64,000 nucleotides of DNA. Source: an uncultured Desulfospira sp. GTDB taxonomy: Bacteria > Desulfobacterota > Desulfobacteria > Desulfobacterales > Desulfobacteraceae. The notes under the pieces were generated by a model, which had not been told where the DNA came from, did no database searches, and saw only the letters and a program-made list of their open reading frames with translations. Made by a program: the position numbers and the translations under genes. The DNA lies in assembly GCA_963663165.1 (NCBI GenBank), contig OY760175.1:2784001-2848000 (forward strand), read 5' to 3'. Shown here piece after piece: positions 21,209-31,030 of the stretch (position 1 is its first letter; each line of letters starts with the position of its first letter).

Positions 21209-22549
21209 ATGGCATTAACCGGTATACAGATATTCAAGCTTCTGCCTAAAACAAACTGTAAAGAGTGCGGCGTCCCCACCTGCCTTGCCTTTGCTATGAA
21301 CTTAGCATCCGGCAAGGCGGAACTGGATTCCTGCCCCTACGTTTCCGATGAAGCCAGGGAACAGTTGGCAGAAGCTTCCGCACCTCCCATTCGCCCCGTT
21401 GTTCTGGGCGCCGGTGTCCGCAAAACCACCACCGGGGGTGAAACTGTTCTTTACAGACATGAAAAAACCTTTTTCAATCCCACTGTGCTTGCGGCAACCG
21501 TCCCTTCAGATATTGATGCAGGCGAACTGGACAAAGCGCTCAAGGTTTACAACGCGTTCCAGTACGAACGGGTGGGCCTTAATTTAAGACCTGAGCTCCT
21601 GGTGGTTAAAGACACCGGCGCCGGCGCCGATGCATTTGCCGCCACCGCTGAAAAGATTGCCAAAGAGTCTGAATTCAACCTGGTCCTGATGACCGAAGAC
21701 CTTGATGTGATGAAAGCCGGTGTCGAAAAAGCCGGGTTCAAACGCCCCCTGCTTTACGCTGCCACAGAAGCCAATGCTGATGACATGGGCGCCCTGGCCA
21801 AAGACAATGGCCTGCCCCTGGCCGTGAAAGCCGACAGCGTTGATGCACTTCAGCCTTTGACTGAAAAACTGACCGGTATGGGGATTAAGGACCTGGTCAT
21901 TGACTCGGGTGCCCGTGAAATCAAACAGGCTCTCGAAGATCAGGTGGCCATCCGGCGGGCAGCCCTTAAGGCATCCAACAAGGCCTTAGGCTTCCCCACC
22001 ATCACCTTCCCCTGTGAAATGGCTTCCAACCTGGATATGGAAACCCTGATCGCTGGCATGTTTGTTGCGAAATACGGCGGAATTGTCGTCCTGTCGGACT
22101 TTACCCCGGAATCCTTATTCCCGCTGCTGCTTGAGCGGCTTAACATTTATACCGACCCCCAGAGGCCCATGACGGTTACCGAAGGCATCTTTGAAATCGG
22201 CAACCCGGATGAGAACTCTCCGGTTCTGGTCACCACCAACTTTGCTTTGACCTACTTCATCGTCTCCGGCGAAATCGAGGGGTCTAAAGTTCCGGCCTGG
22301 TTGCTGATCAAGGACTCTGAAGGGTTGTCCGTTCTGACGGCCTGGGCTGCCGGCAAGTTCGGTGGCGATGATGTGGGCATGTTTGTGAAAAAGTGCGGTA
22401 TCATGGACAAGGTCAAACATACCGAACTGATTATTCCAGGCTATGCTGCAGCCATTGCCGGTGATATTGAAGAAGAACTTCCGGGCTGGACCATTACGGT
22501 CGGTCCCCGGGAAGCGGCCCATCTGCCCGCATTCCTGAAATCCAGATAA
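21209..22549 (+). CDS. acsC: Corrinoid Fe-S protein large subunit (AcsC/CdhE)
   Basis: LPKTNCKECGVPTCLAFA, YTDPQRP, TTNFALTY, VGPREA. Confidence 0.96.
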   Translation: MALTGIQIFKLLPKTNCKECGVPTCLAFAMNLASGKAELDSCPYVSDEAREQLAEASAPPIRPVVLGAGVRKTTTGGETVLYRHEKTFFNPTVLAATVPSDIDAGELDKALKVYNAFQYERVGLNLRPELLVVKDTGAGADAFAATAEKIAKESEFNLVLMTEDLDVMKAGVEKAGFKRPLLYAATEANADDMGALAKDNGLPLAVKADSVDALQPLTEKLTGMGIKDLVIDSGAREIKQALEDQVAIRRAALKASNKALGFPTITFPCEMASNLDMETLIAGMFVAKYGGIVVLSDFTPESLFPLLLERLNIYTDPQRPMTVTEGIFEIGNPDENSPVLVTTNFALTYFIVSGEIEGSKVPAWLLIKDSEGLSVLTAWAAGKFGGDDVGMFVKKCGIMDKVKHTELIIPGYAAAIAGDIEEELPGWTITVGPREAAHLPAFLKSR

Positions 22550-22643
22550 TCGAATCGCGGGCCGCCTGGAAGATAATTTACCTCGGTATTTAAGCTCCTG
22601 CGGCCAAAGTAGAACCTTTAACGTTAAATAATGAGGATAAGAC

Positions 22644-23558
22644 ATGGAGAACATGATTCTATTTGGTGAAAGCCTGAACGTCATTTCCAGAGTCATCGGA
22701 AAAGAGTTCAAAGAAGCTGATCCTGCCAAACGGAACCCCGAACCCATCCAGGCAGAGGTAGTCCGTCAAAAAGAACTGGGCATGGACTATATCGACATCA
22801 ACCTGGGGCCGGCCAAAAAATTTGGTACCGAACTGATGCCATGGGTCGTCAACGTGGTCCAGGAAGCTGTTCCGGGAATGCCCCTGCTTTTAGATTCATC
22901 CAATATTGATGCCATTGAAGCAGGCCTTAAGGTCTGTAAACCCGCTGATAAACCTCATATCGTCAACTCCATTATGGCTCGGGCTGAACGGTATGAAAGA
23001 ATGGTCCCCATGACAGCTCAGTATGATGCCGATTTTGTCGCCCTGATGTGGGGTCCTGACGGTTTGCCCAGGGATGAAAATGAAAGGGCTGCCCTTTGCG
23101 TGGAGCTGCTTTATTTTGCCAACGAAGCCGGCATCCCCAATGAAAAAATATGGGTAGACGGTATTGTTACCCCTGTAAATACGCAGCAGGCCCAGTGCAT
23201 GAGCCTGCTTAACTTCCAGATGATGATTGAAGATATCGCTCCGGGTGCAAAATCTACCTGCGGTCTGTCCAATATCTCCAATGGACCGCCAGAACACCTG
23301 CGTCCCATTCTGAACTCCACTTATATGTGTATGCTGTGGAAATACGGTATGAAAGCTGTGATTGCCGATCCCCTTGACAAACGGCAGACGGCCATTGCCA
23401 AGAATGAACGCCCGGATATCAAAGACCTGATCTGGGGTCTGATGGACGGAAATGATCCTGGCGCAGCCAGCCTTGAAGGCGAACTTCTGGATTACTACAA
23501 AACCTATAAAGTCATTATGGGCGAAACCCTGTATACTGACTCCTGGCTTGAAGTGTAG
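22644..23558 (+). CDS. acsE: Methyl-THF:corrinoid Fe-S protein methyltransferase
   Basis: Pterin-binding TIM barrel: GESLN, IDINLG, LDSSN, VNS, GLSNISNG; position in operon. Confidence 0.9.
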   Translation: MENMILFGESLNVISRVIGKEFKEADPAKRNPEPIQAEVVRQKELGMDYIDINLGPAKKFGTELMPWVVNVVQEAVPGMPLLLDSSNIDAIEAGLKVCKPADKPHIVNSIMARAERYERMVPMTAQYDADFVALMWGPDGLPRDENERAALCVELLYFANEAGIPNEKIWVDGIVTPVNTQQAQCMSLLNFQMMIEDIAPGAKSTCGLSNISNGPPEHLRPILNSTYMCMLWKYGMKAVIADPLDKRQTAIAKNERPDIKDLIWGLMDGNDPGAASLEGELLDYYKTYKVIMGETLYTDSWLEV

Positions 23559-23585
23559 TAAAAAGCGGTTAGCTTTTAGTGGTTT

Positions 23586-23628
23586 AAAGCCCCCTGACCC
23601 GGTGATTACGGGGAGGGGGCTTTTTTTA
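23586..23628 (+). terminator. Intrinsic terminator after acsE
   Basis: aaagccccct...agggggc followed by a T-run. Confidence 0.75.
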
Positions 23629-23769
23629 TGGGCTCCAGGCCTTTATTTTGCCTGATCCTGTATTATTTTTCTATGTTACACTACGGTCGCAGGTTGGATG
23701 AAGAGGGTTCAACCTCAAAATTTAAATTTTTTGACTGACACAGGCATAAACAGATGGAGGCTAACACCA

Positions 23770-24063
23770 TTGAACAGCCCAAAAAAAGATACCTGGTACT
23801 ATATTATTGTCCAGAATCCGGACACACCCTTTTCCGAGATTCTTGGGTATACGGATGAGGAAACCCGGGCCACCTTTATTCCGGCCTTTCAATCCAAGGA
23901 AATCGCCCAGCAGTGCTTCATGATCATGCCCAAAAACATCATGAAAGAAAAGTATGAGGCCCAGGCCATCATATTCGAAGACCTGATGACCCATGCCGAA
24001 TCAACCGGCCATGAGGTCTTCCTGATGGATGACAGGGGAAAGATACTGGAAAAGATTATTTAG
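23770..24063 (+). CDS. Hypothetical protein
   Basis: ORF with GGAGG RBS before TTG at 23770; no recognised motif. Confidence 0.6.
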   Translation: MNSPKKDTWYYIIVQNPDTPFSEILGYTDEETRATFIPAFQSKEIAQQCFMIMPKNIMKEKYEAQAIIFEDLMTHAESTGHEVFLMDDRGKILEKII

Positions 24064-24132
24064 GCTGAAGGGAGATAGACTGAAGACTGAAGTAGGGTTG
24101 ATAACCTTCAGCCTAACTTCCTTCAGCCTAAT
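24061..24132. repeat. CTGAAG/CTTCAG hairpin element
   Basis: taggctgaag...gactgaagactgaag...cttcagcctaa...cttcagcctaa. Confidence 0.8.
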
Positions 24133-24154
24133 CACCTCTCACAGGAGACATATT

Positions 24155-24937
24155 TTGAGTTTAAAATTAGCATTTGGCGGTAAAGGCGGGGTGGGCAAAA
24201 CCACCATCACCTCATTGATTGCACGGACCATCGCCGCCTTGGATAAAGAAACCAGTGTGATTGCCATTGACGCCGATCCCGTGGCCAACCTGGCAGCAGG
24301 CTTAGGGATAGATGAAACCCAGCCCATTACCCCGGTGGCTGAGTTGTCCGATCTTATTGCCGAGCGGACCGGGGCCAAACCCGGGACCATGGGGGGGTTT
24401 TTCACCCTGAACCCCAAGGTGGATGACATCCCGGACCGGTTTTCCATTGAAAAAGACGGGGTCAAACTGCTGGTCATGGGAACGGTTCAACAGGGGGGGG
24501 GCGGGTGTATCTGCCCTGAATCCACCATTCTAAAAGCCCTGATGAACCATCTGGTCCTGGCCCGCAACGAGGTGGTGGTCATGGACATGGAGGCCGGGGT
24601 CGAACATTTGGGCCGTGCCACTTCAGGTTCTGTGGACGCTTTAGTCATTGTGGTCAACCCGGGCATGAGAAGCCGGGTGGCCGCGGACAAAATCCGGAAA
24701 TTGGGACAGGACATCGGGATTCAGACGATCTTGGTTCTGGCCAATCGGGTCCGCTCCAACGAAGACCGGGCCTTGATTGAAGACACCATGAAGGACTATG
24801 AAATCTTAGGATTTCTGCCTGAAATGGATGAAATCGTCAATTCAGACCGGGAGGGCAGCCGCCCCTTTGACGACATCTCCACCATCCCGCCTGAGCTTCG
24901 GGCTGTTGCCGAAAAACTGATGGCCCTGTCTAAATGA
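24155..24937 (+). CDS. cooC: CooC/AcsF Ni-insertion ATPase
   Basis: GKGGVGKTT, DADP, GGGGCICP, DMEAGVEHLGR; TTG start after AGGAG. Confidence 0.92.
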   Translation: MSLKLAFGGKGGVGKTTITSLIARTIAALDKETSVIAIDADPVANLAAGLGIDETQPITPVAELSDLIAERTGAKPGTMGGFFTLNPKVDDIPDRFSIEKDGVKLLVMGTVQQGGGGCICPESTILKALMNHLVLARNEVVVMDMEAGVEHLGRATSGSVDALVIVVNPGMRSRVAADKIRKLGQDIGIQTILVLANRVRSNEDRALIEDTMKDYEILGFLPEMDEIVNSDREGSRPFDDISTIPPELRAVAEKLMALSK

Positions 24938-24999
24938 GCAGGTGAGCCGGTGGGAAAGTGAGAAAGTGGGCCGGTGCCGCTACCATAAAGGTCGTTATA

Positions 25000-25932
25000 A
25001 TGCCTGAAACCATGCCCCCCCTCTGCCTTGACGGACTTCCCTTGGCCCCGGTTTCCCGAATCGCGCCAACGCCCAGCGGCTTTTTACACCTGGGCAATGC
25101 CGTTAATTTCCTGGTCACCTGGGCCATTGTCAAAAGCCTTGGGGGCACCCTTTTTCTGCGGATAGATGATATGGACGGCATCCGGTTTCGAAAGGAGGTG
25201 CTGGAAGATATTTTTGTCAGTCTTGACTGGCTCGGACTGGACTGGGACAAGGGGCCTTTGGGACCGGATGATTTTTATCAGAATTACTCGTTACAGCTCA
25301 AAAAAGGAACCTACCGGCATCAGTTACATCTCCTCTTAGAAAAAAGCGACCAACCTTTTGCCTGCCAGTGCAGCCGCAGTGCCATCAAAAAAAAATCGGC
25401 CAACGGCCTTTACCCCGGGACCTGCCGGGACAAAGCCCTGGTCTTTGAACCGTTTTCCCATGCCATCCGGCTCAAAGTCGACCCGGACACCTGTATCCGT
25501 ATCAACAACCGGCACATAGACCTTGCCCGGGAATTCGGTGATTTTGTTATCTGGCGAAAGGATGACCAGCCCAGCTACCAGCTGGCAAGTCTCCTGGAAG
25601 ACGAGGCCGCAAAGGTCAACCTGATTATCAGGGGAGAGGACCTTTTGCCGTCTACAGCAGCCCAGCTTTACCTGGCCCACTGTTACGGGTTTTCATCTTT
25701 TCCCTCCTGCTGTTTCCGGCACCATGGGCTTATACTGGGCAAAAATGGGAAAAAGCTCTCCAAATCAAGGGGAGCCTATGCCCTCAAGGACATTCGCCAG
25801 GCAAAGGGCAGCCCGTCCCAGGCCGTTAAGGCCGCCGCCCCCCTGCTCGGCCTTGACCCGCAGTCCATATCCACGGCAGATGACCTGAAAACCCATCTCG
25901 CCAAAACCCTAAAAAAAACCCAGACCCCATAA
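25000..25932 (+). CDS. gluQ: Glutamyl-Q tRNA(Asp) synthetase-like protein (GluRS catalytic domain only)
   Basis: RIAPTPSGFLHLGN, LRIDD, CQC Zn site, IRGEDL, KLSKS; no anticodon-binding domain. Confidence 0.75.
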   Translation: MPETMPPLCLDGLPLAPVSRIAPTPSGFLHLGNAVNFLVTWAIVKSLGGTLFLRIDDMDGIRFRKEVLEDIFVSLDWLGLDWDKGPLGPDDFYQNYSLQLKKGTYRHQLHLLLEKSDQPFACQCSRSAIKKKSANGLYPGTCRDKALVFEPFSHAIRLKVDPDTCIRINNRHIDLAREFGDFVIWRKDDQPSYQLASLLEDEAAKVNLIIRGEDLLPSTAAQLYLAHCYGFSSFPSCCFRHHGLILGKNGKKLSKSRGAYALKDIRQAKGSPSQAVKAAAPLLGLDPQSISTADDLKTHLAKTLKKTQTP

Positions 25933-25936
25933 AAGC

Positions 25937-26034
25937 CTCTCACCCTCTCACCCTCTCACCCTCTCACTTTCCCACTCTCCCACTTTCCCACTCTCCCACT
26001 CTCCCACTCTCCCACTCTCCACCGGCTCATTTTA
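25937..26034. repeat. Octamer tandem repeat (CTCTCACC/CTCCCACT), inverted partner of 24932-24970
   Basis: About 11 units at 8-nt period ending ccaccggctcattt; reverse complement matches aaatgagc..tgagccggtgggaaagtgagaaagtggg. Confidence 0.85.
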
Positions 26035-26036
26035 AT

Positions 26037-28052
26037 TTAAGACAAGAACCCGGGCTCATATATCTTAACCAGCTGGGCCCGGCCTTTGACTTTTACCTGG
26101 TCCACATACCGGAACTTGAACCGGCCTTTAAGGGTTCGGGCAACAGACTCTGAAACCAGAATAGTGGTCCCGTATTCTTTATTGGTGTTTTCAAGCCGGG
26201 AGGCCAAGTTTACATTATCTCCCATGACCGTATAGTCAAACCGGTCCATGGACCCGAAATTCCCCACACTGACCATTCCGGTATTAATGCCGATACCAAT
26301 GGAAATTTCCGGCAGATCAACATCCGTAAAGCTTTTATTGAAATTCCGGAGGCTGCCCTGCATCAGCAGTGCGGTCCGAACCGCTTTGGCCGCATGGTCA
26401 GGCTCATCGGCCGGCGCGCCCCAGAAGGCCATGACCGCATCCCCGATAAATTTATCCACGGTCCCGCCGTTTTCCATGATGATCCGGCTCATCCGGGTCA
26501 GATACTGGTTCATGAACCGGCCGAGTACCTGGGAGTCCATGTTTTCGGACAGGCTTGAAAAATTGCGGATATCTGAAAACAAAATGGTCAGTTCTTTTTG
26601 TTCTCCTGCCAGGGAAAGCCGTGCCGGGTTTCTTAACAAAGATCTGACCACACCGGGGGAGACATAATGGGAAAATGCCTTGTGAATATAAGATTTGGCC
26701 CGCCCTTCCATAAAGTAATTTAAAATCGAGACCACAAAGGAGACGCACAAAAACACCAGAACCACGTAGGTGATGCCCACCTGGATTTTGTTTAAAAAGA
26801 AAAAATAATAATTGCCCATGAACAGGGCTATAAAGAAAAGAATCGTACTCAGCCCGCTCAGGATAGGGGTGGCCAGGCAGAGAATCATGGTCAGCAACAT
26901 CCCCCCGAACAAAATCATGGTATAGATAATGGCCGTTTCCGTAAAGATATCATATTCAAAGGGGTCCTGTTTGAGCAGATTGTCAATCACAGTGGCATTG
27001 ATCTCCACCCCGGGCATGGCATTGGAAAAGGGGGTGGCTTTAAAATCAAAAAGCCCGGTGGCTGAAGATCCGATCAGCACGATCTTATTGGCAAGTTCAG
27101 GATGGTCGGGATGGTCCAGCAGGTCCCAGGCACTGATATACTCAAATGTCCGCGCAGGCCCCCGGTGGTTTAACAAAAGCCGGGCGTCACTGCTGGTGGG
27201 AATAAAATACCTTGAACTGCTCACCCCCATCACCGGTATTTGAGAAGACCTGAACCGCTTGTCCGTATGAACATATAAAACTGAATTGCCGATCCCCAGA
27301 CGCCAGGCTTCCAACGCCAGTGAAGGGTAGAGAACATTGTCCATTTTTAAAAGCAGCGGCACGCTTCTCACGGTGCCTGAATAATCGGCAAATACGTTGA
27401 GAAACCCCTCTGTTTCACCCAAAGATACGGCCTTGACGTTGACCAGGGCCTGGCAGGCCGAATGAATGGTCAGTTTTTCCAAGGTGGCGTCGGACGAAAA
27501 CAGATGAATTTGGGCCGAGGTATACGGTTTTTTAAGTGAAGGGTTAAATTTATCCACAATAAACTGAAATACATACCCCAGAATAACCTTGCCTTTGGAT
27601 ATTTCATTGCCAAAAGCCACATCATAATCAAGTCCTTCAGAAGACATGATCCGGTCGAGGACGGTCTGTGAAAGATGTTCCCTTAACAGGGGCGTAAGAC
27701 CTGACAGCTGGCGGGCCGGGGACGTCCGGTCGGGCTCAGGGAACACCATGTCAAATCCAATGGCGCTTGCCCCATTCTCCCGGATGGCCCGGGTCAGGTT
27801 GGCCATCATATTCCGGGGCCAGGGCCACTGCCCTACCAATTGAAGGCTTTTTTCGTCGATATCAACGATGACCACCCGGCCGGTATGGGGTTCCGGCCCC
27901 CGGATAAAAAACATGGTATCCATAATTTTATTGTCTATCCCGGACAACAGCACCGGTTTGGGCAACCCGATATAAGAGAATAAAAAACAGGATGCGACCG
28001 TAATAAAACAGCCTGCAAAAAAGGGAATGGACAACAACTTTTTTTTAATCAT
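26037..28052 (-). CDS. CHASE2-domain class III adenylate/guanylate cyclase
   Basis: VDIDEKSL..GQWPWPR (CHASE2), TM helices, FSDIRNFS, DKFIGDA, GDNVNLASRLE. Confidence 0.93.
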   Translation of the reverse strand: MIKKKLLSIPFFAGCFITVASCFLFSYIGLPKPVLLSGIDNKIMDTMFFIRGPEPHTGRVVIVDIDEKSLQLVGQWPWPRNMMANLTRAIRENGASAIGFDMVFPEPDRTSPARQLSGLTPLLREHLSQTVLDRIMSSEGLDYDVAFGNEISKGKVILGYVFQFIVDKFNPSLKKPYTSAQIHLFSSDATLEKLTIHSACQALVNVKAVSLGETEGFLNVFADYSGTVRSVPLLLKMDNVLYPSLALEAWRLGIGNSVLYVHTDKRFRSSQIPVMGVSSSRYFIPTSSDARLLLNHRGPARTFEYISAWDLLDHPDHPELANKIVLIGSSATGLFDFKATPFSNAMPGVEINATVIDNLLKQDPFEYDIFTETAIIYTMILFGGMLLTMILCLATPILSGLSTILFFIALFMGNYYFFFLNKIQVGITYVVLVFLCVSFVVSILNYFMEGRAKSYIHKAFSHYVSPGVVRSLLRNPARLSLAGEQKELTILFSDIRNFSSLSENMDSQVLGRFMNQYLTRMSRIIMENGGTVDKFIGDAVMAFWGAPADEPDHAAKAVRTALLMQGSLRNFNKSFTDVDLPEISIGIGINTGMVSVGNFGSMDRFDYTVMGDNVNLASRLENTNKEYGTTILVSESVARTLKGRFKFRYVDQVKVKGRAQLVKIYEPGFLS

Positions 28053-28247
28053 ACCACTACAATTACCATATGGTCCCGGCTGTATCCAAAGACCTGCGGC
28101 GATGCATCTATTTGTTCTTTTTGGCCGCTTCCCGTGCTTTCCCCTATGCCCGCCACATAGATATTTTTAGGTGAGATTACGTTGATTTGCAACACTGCAA
28201 ATCATGGCCCATCGGGTATTAAACATCAGAAAAAAGGCCTGTGTCAA

Positions 28248-28507
28248 CCCTGATCGCCCAGGTATAGGGTGATCGCATTTATAATTTAAGTTAAATCTCC
28301 AATAAACGTTGGGAGACAGGAAACCGGAAGAAGGAGACCGGATGCGCCCTCCAAGGGAACCCGGCATCCAACATCTATCGCTCCAACCCTACCGCTCAAA
28401 CCAGGGAACTTGACGGTTTCGGTCTCCCGTCTCCTTTTCTCCGGTTTCCTTTTTTTATTTATTATCCTGATCCTCAAAATCAACATCACCGATGATCCGG
28501 TTACATG
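28248..28507. repeat. Framed-hairpin element copy D (GGAGAC/GTCTCC-type insert)
   Basis: ATCTCC 28295, 158-bp insert forming a long hairpin, TTATTATCC 28459, right flank aligns ungapped with 53451-53499. Confidence 0.7.
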
Positions 28508-28515
28508 GCCCATGC

Positions 28516-28556
28516 GACGTTTATAGAATTATATTGACGTGTATAGAATTATATAT
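28516..28556 (+). promoter_or_regulatory. Tandem ModE-like boxes upstream of modA
   Basis: 19-bp direct repeat gacgt(t/g)tatagaattatat at 28516 and 28536; contains TGTAT-N7-TATAT, close to the ModE TATAT-N7-TAYAT pattern. Confidence 0.5.
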
Positions 28557-28639
28557 TATGGATATAGTTTGCCGGTCAGGATGCCTTCCGCCGGCAGGGA
28601 ACAACAGACAACCCAACAGATGTGAAAAGGAAATTGACC

Positions 28640-29419
28640 ATGACCATTAAACAGATTCTCTCATCATTTTTGACCGCTGCATTTATTTTTCTGGGGATAG
28701 GTTTTTCTACCGGCACTGTCCAGGCCGAAACCATCCGGATTTTTGCCGCAGCATCCACCACCAATGCCGTTGGCGACATTATAAACGCATACAAAGCAAA
28801 AACCGGCAAAGAGGTGGTCCCCTCGTTTGCGTCCTCATCCACTCTGGCAAAACAGATCGACCAGGGCGCCCCGGCTGATGTCTACCTGTCCGCAAACCCC
28901 AAATGGATGAACTTTCTTGAAGAAAAAGGCCTGGTGGCATCCGGCACACGGACTGACCTCCTGGGCAACCGGATTTCTTTGATTCAACCCTTAAGCGGTT
29001 CTCTGAATATCACCATTGCCCCGGGCATGGACCTTGCCGGAATCCTGGGCAGCGACAAGCTGGCCATGGGAGATCCGGACCATGTTCCGGCCGGCATATA
29101 CGGCCGCAAAGCCTTGGAATCCCTTGGTGCATGGGATTCAGTGGCCGCCAAGGTGGCCCGGTGCAAGGATGTCAGGGCCGCCCTGGCCTTAGTGGAAAGA
29201 GCGGAAACCCCCTTAGGGGTTGTCTATGCCACGGATGCAGCCATCTCATCTAAGGTAAAAACCGTTTCCCTTTTCCCCGAAAACAGCCACCCGCCCATCA
29301 CCTACCCGGCCTGTATTATTAAAGACAAGGCCAATGATGAGGCCAAAGCGTTTTTTGATTTTCTGAAAAGCCCGGATGCAGCTGCCATATTCCAAAAATA
29401 CGGATTTTCTGTTAAATAA
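28640..29419 (+). CDS. modA: Molybdate ABC transporter periplasmic binding protein
   Basis: FAAAST, FASSSTLAKQI, ADVYLSA, VPAGIY, VYATDA. Confidence 0.95.
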   Translation: MTIKQILSSFLTAAFIFLGIGFSTGTVQAETIRIFAAASTTNAVGDIINAYKAKTGKEVVPSFASSSTLAKQIDQGAPADVYLSANPKWMNFLEEKGLVASGTRTDLLGNRISLIQPLSGSLNITIAPGMDLAGILGSDKLAMGDPDHVPAGIYGRKALESLGAWDSVAAKVARCKDVRAALALVERAETPLGVVYATDAAISSKVKTVSLFPENSHPPITYPACIIKDKANDEAKAFFDFLKSPDAAAIFQKYGFSVK

Positions 29420-29492
29420 CGGCCACGGGCCGCCTTGGTTATCCAACCAAGAACCGCCCATAACAAATAATGAGGATTTCATATAACCCCCA

Positions 29493-30188
29493 ATGGAATT
29501 AACGCCCATAGAAATTGAAGCCCTTCGCCTGAGCCTCTGGGTTGCCGGCTGGGCCGTGGCCGGCAGCCTGGCCCCCGGCATTTTCATGGCCTGGCTGCTG
29601 GCCAAAAAAAATTTTATCGGCAAAAGCATTGTGGACGGACTGGTTCACCTGCCCCTGGTCCTTCCGCCGGTAGTCACCGGGTATATGCTGCTGCTGGTCA
29701 TGGGCAAGCAAGGGGTGCTGGGCCGGTGGCTGTTTCAGCTGACCGGATTCAGTTTTGCCTTTAACTGGAAAGGGGCGGCCCTGGCATCGGGGATCATGGC
29801 CTTTCCCCTTCTGGTCCGGGCCATCCGGTTATCCATGGAAAGTGTGGATCAGGGGCTTGAACAGGCGGCCCAGACCCTGGGGGCCGGTCCTTTGGACCAG
29901 TTTTTCACCGTCACCCTGCCCTTGACCCTTCCCGGCATCCTTACCGGGGTGATCCTTGCCTTTGCCCGTAGCCTGAGCGAATTCGGGGCCACCATCACCT
30001 TTGTGTCCAATATCCCGGGGGAAACCCGGACCCTGCCGCTGGCCCTTTACACCTTAACCCAGATGCCGGACGGAGAGTCCGGGGCATTAAGGCTTTGCAT
30101 TATCTCCGCCGGGGTGGCGCTTTTGGCCCTGATGGCCTCTGAAATACTGGCCCGGCGGCTCAACCGGCGAATGAAGGGGATCGGCTGA
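29493..30188 (+). CDS. modB: Molybdate ABC transporter permease
   Basis: LPLVLPPVVTGY, FARSLSEFGAT, EAA loop. Confidence 0.95.
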   Translation: MELTPIEIEALRLSLWVAGWAVAGSLAPGIFMAWLLAKKNFIGKSIVDGLVHLPLVLPPVVTGYMLLLVMGKQGVLGRWLFQLTGFSFAFNWKGAALASGIMAFPLLVRAIRLSMESVDQGLEQAAQTLGAGPLDQFFTVTLPLTLPGILTGVILAFARSLSEFGATITFVSNIPGETRTLPLALYTLTQMPDGESGALRLCIISAGVALLALMASEILARRLNRRMKGIG

Positions 30189-30952
30189 TGCTTGATGTCA
30201 CCATCAAAAAAGCCCAGGGCCAGTTTCTGGTGGACACCAGCTTTACGGTTCCGGGAAATTCAGTGACGGCCCTGTTTGGCCGGTCCGGGGCGGGGAAAAC
30301 CTCGATAATCAACATGATTGCCGGCCTTGCCACCCCCGATGAGGGAACGATTAAGATCAACGATACGGTGGTGTTTGATTCGGCCCGCAAGATCAGCCTG
30401 CCGCCTTTTAAGCGGCGGATCGGATACGTATTCCAGGAAGGCCGGCTTTTCCCCCACCTTAGTGTTAAATCCAACCTGATATACGGCATGAAGCGGATCA
30501 AACCCTCAAACCGGTGCATTGCCTTTGACAAGGTGGTTGAACTGCTGGGCATTGCCCATCTCCTCGAGCGGCGCCCGGCCACCCTGTCCGGCGGAGAAAA
30601 ACAGCGGATCGCCATTGGGCGCGCCCTTTTATCGAGCCCTCAGCTCCTGCTCATGGATGAACCCCTGGCATCCCTGGATGCTGCCCGAAAGGCCGAAGTT
30701 CTCCCGTTTATCAGCAGACTGCCCGAACAATTTGAAATCCCCATCCTCTATGTCAGCCACGCTATAGATGAAATCCTGGGCATGGCAAAGACCCTTGTTT
30801 TCCTGGTGGACGGCAAGGCCAGGGCGGTGGGGTCCGTCAACGAGGTAACCCAAAGACCAGACTTTCAACAGGTTCTTGGCAGAATTCCACCGGAGCCTGA
30901 CAGTGAAGGGGACAACCCGCCTCAACCGTTGCGGACAATTGCAGCAGGATAA
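30188..30952 (+). CDS. modC: Molybdate ABC transporter ATPase (short, no TOBE domain)
   Basis: GRSGAGKT, LSGGEKQR, LLMDEP. Confidence 0.92.
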   Translation: MLDVTIKKAQGQFLVDTSFTVPGNSVTALFGRSGAGKTSIINMIAGLATPDEGTIKINDTVVFDSARKISLPPFKRRIGYVFQEGRLFPHLSVKSNLIYGMKRIKPSNRCIAFDKVVELLGIAHLLERRPATLSGGEKQRIAIGRALLSSPQLLLMDEPLASLDAARKAEVLPFISRLPEQFEIPILYVSHAIDEILGMAKTLVFLVDGKARAVGSVNEVTQRPDFQQVLGRIPPEPDSEGDNPPQPLRTIAAG

Positions 30953-31030
30953 CCCGGCAGGAAGGATTTTCCTGCCGGGGAATGAAAGATTTCCCTTACT
31001 TAAAGGGAAACAGGCAGGGGAATGAAAAAA

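Noticed and set aside
24029..24154. N-terminal extension of CooC in the ORF track
   Set aside because: Reads through the CTGAAG repeat; the RBS supports a TTG start at 24155
28342..28413. 23-aa ORF MRPPREPG… with sequestered AAGGAG RBS as a type I toxin
   Set aside because: Peptide is not hydrophobic and the RBS is part of the GGAGAC repeat; no independent support
28301..28458. Moco riboswitch, 6S or SRP RNA upstream of modA
   Set aside because: Only short resemblance (ACCAGGG…CTCCCGT); lacks the GAAA-loop and GGAAAGG elements and the SRP/6S hallmark motifs; flanks match the framed-hairpin family instead
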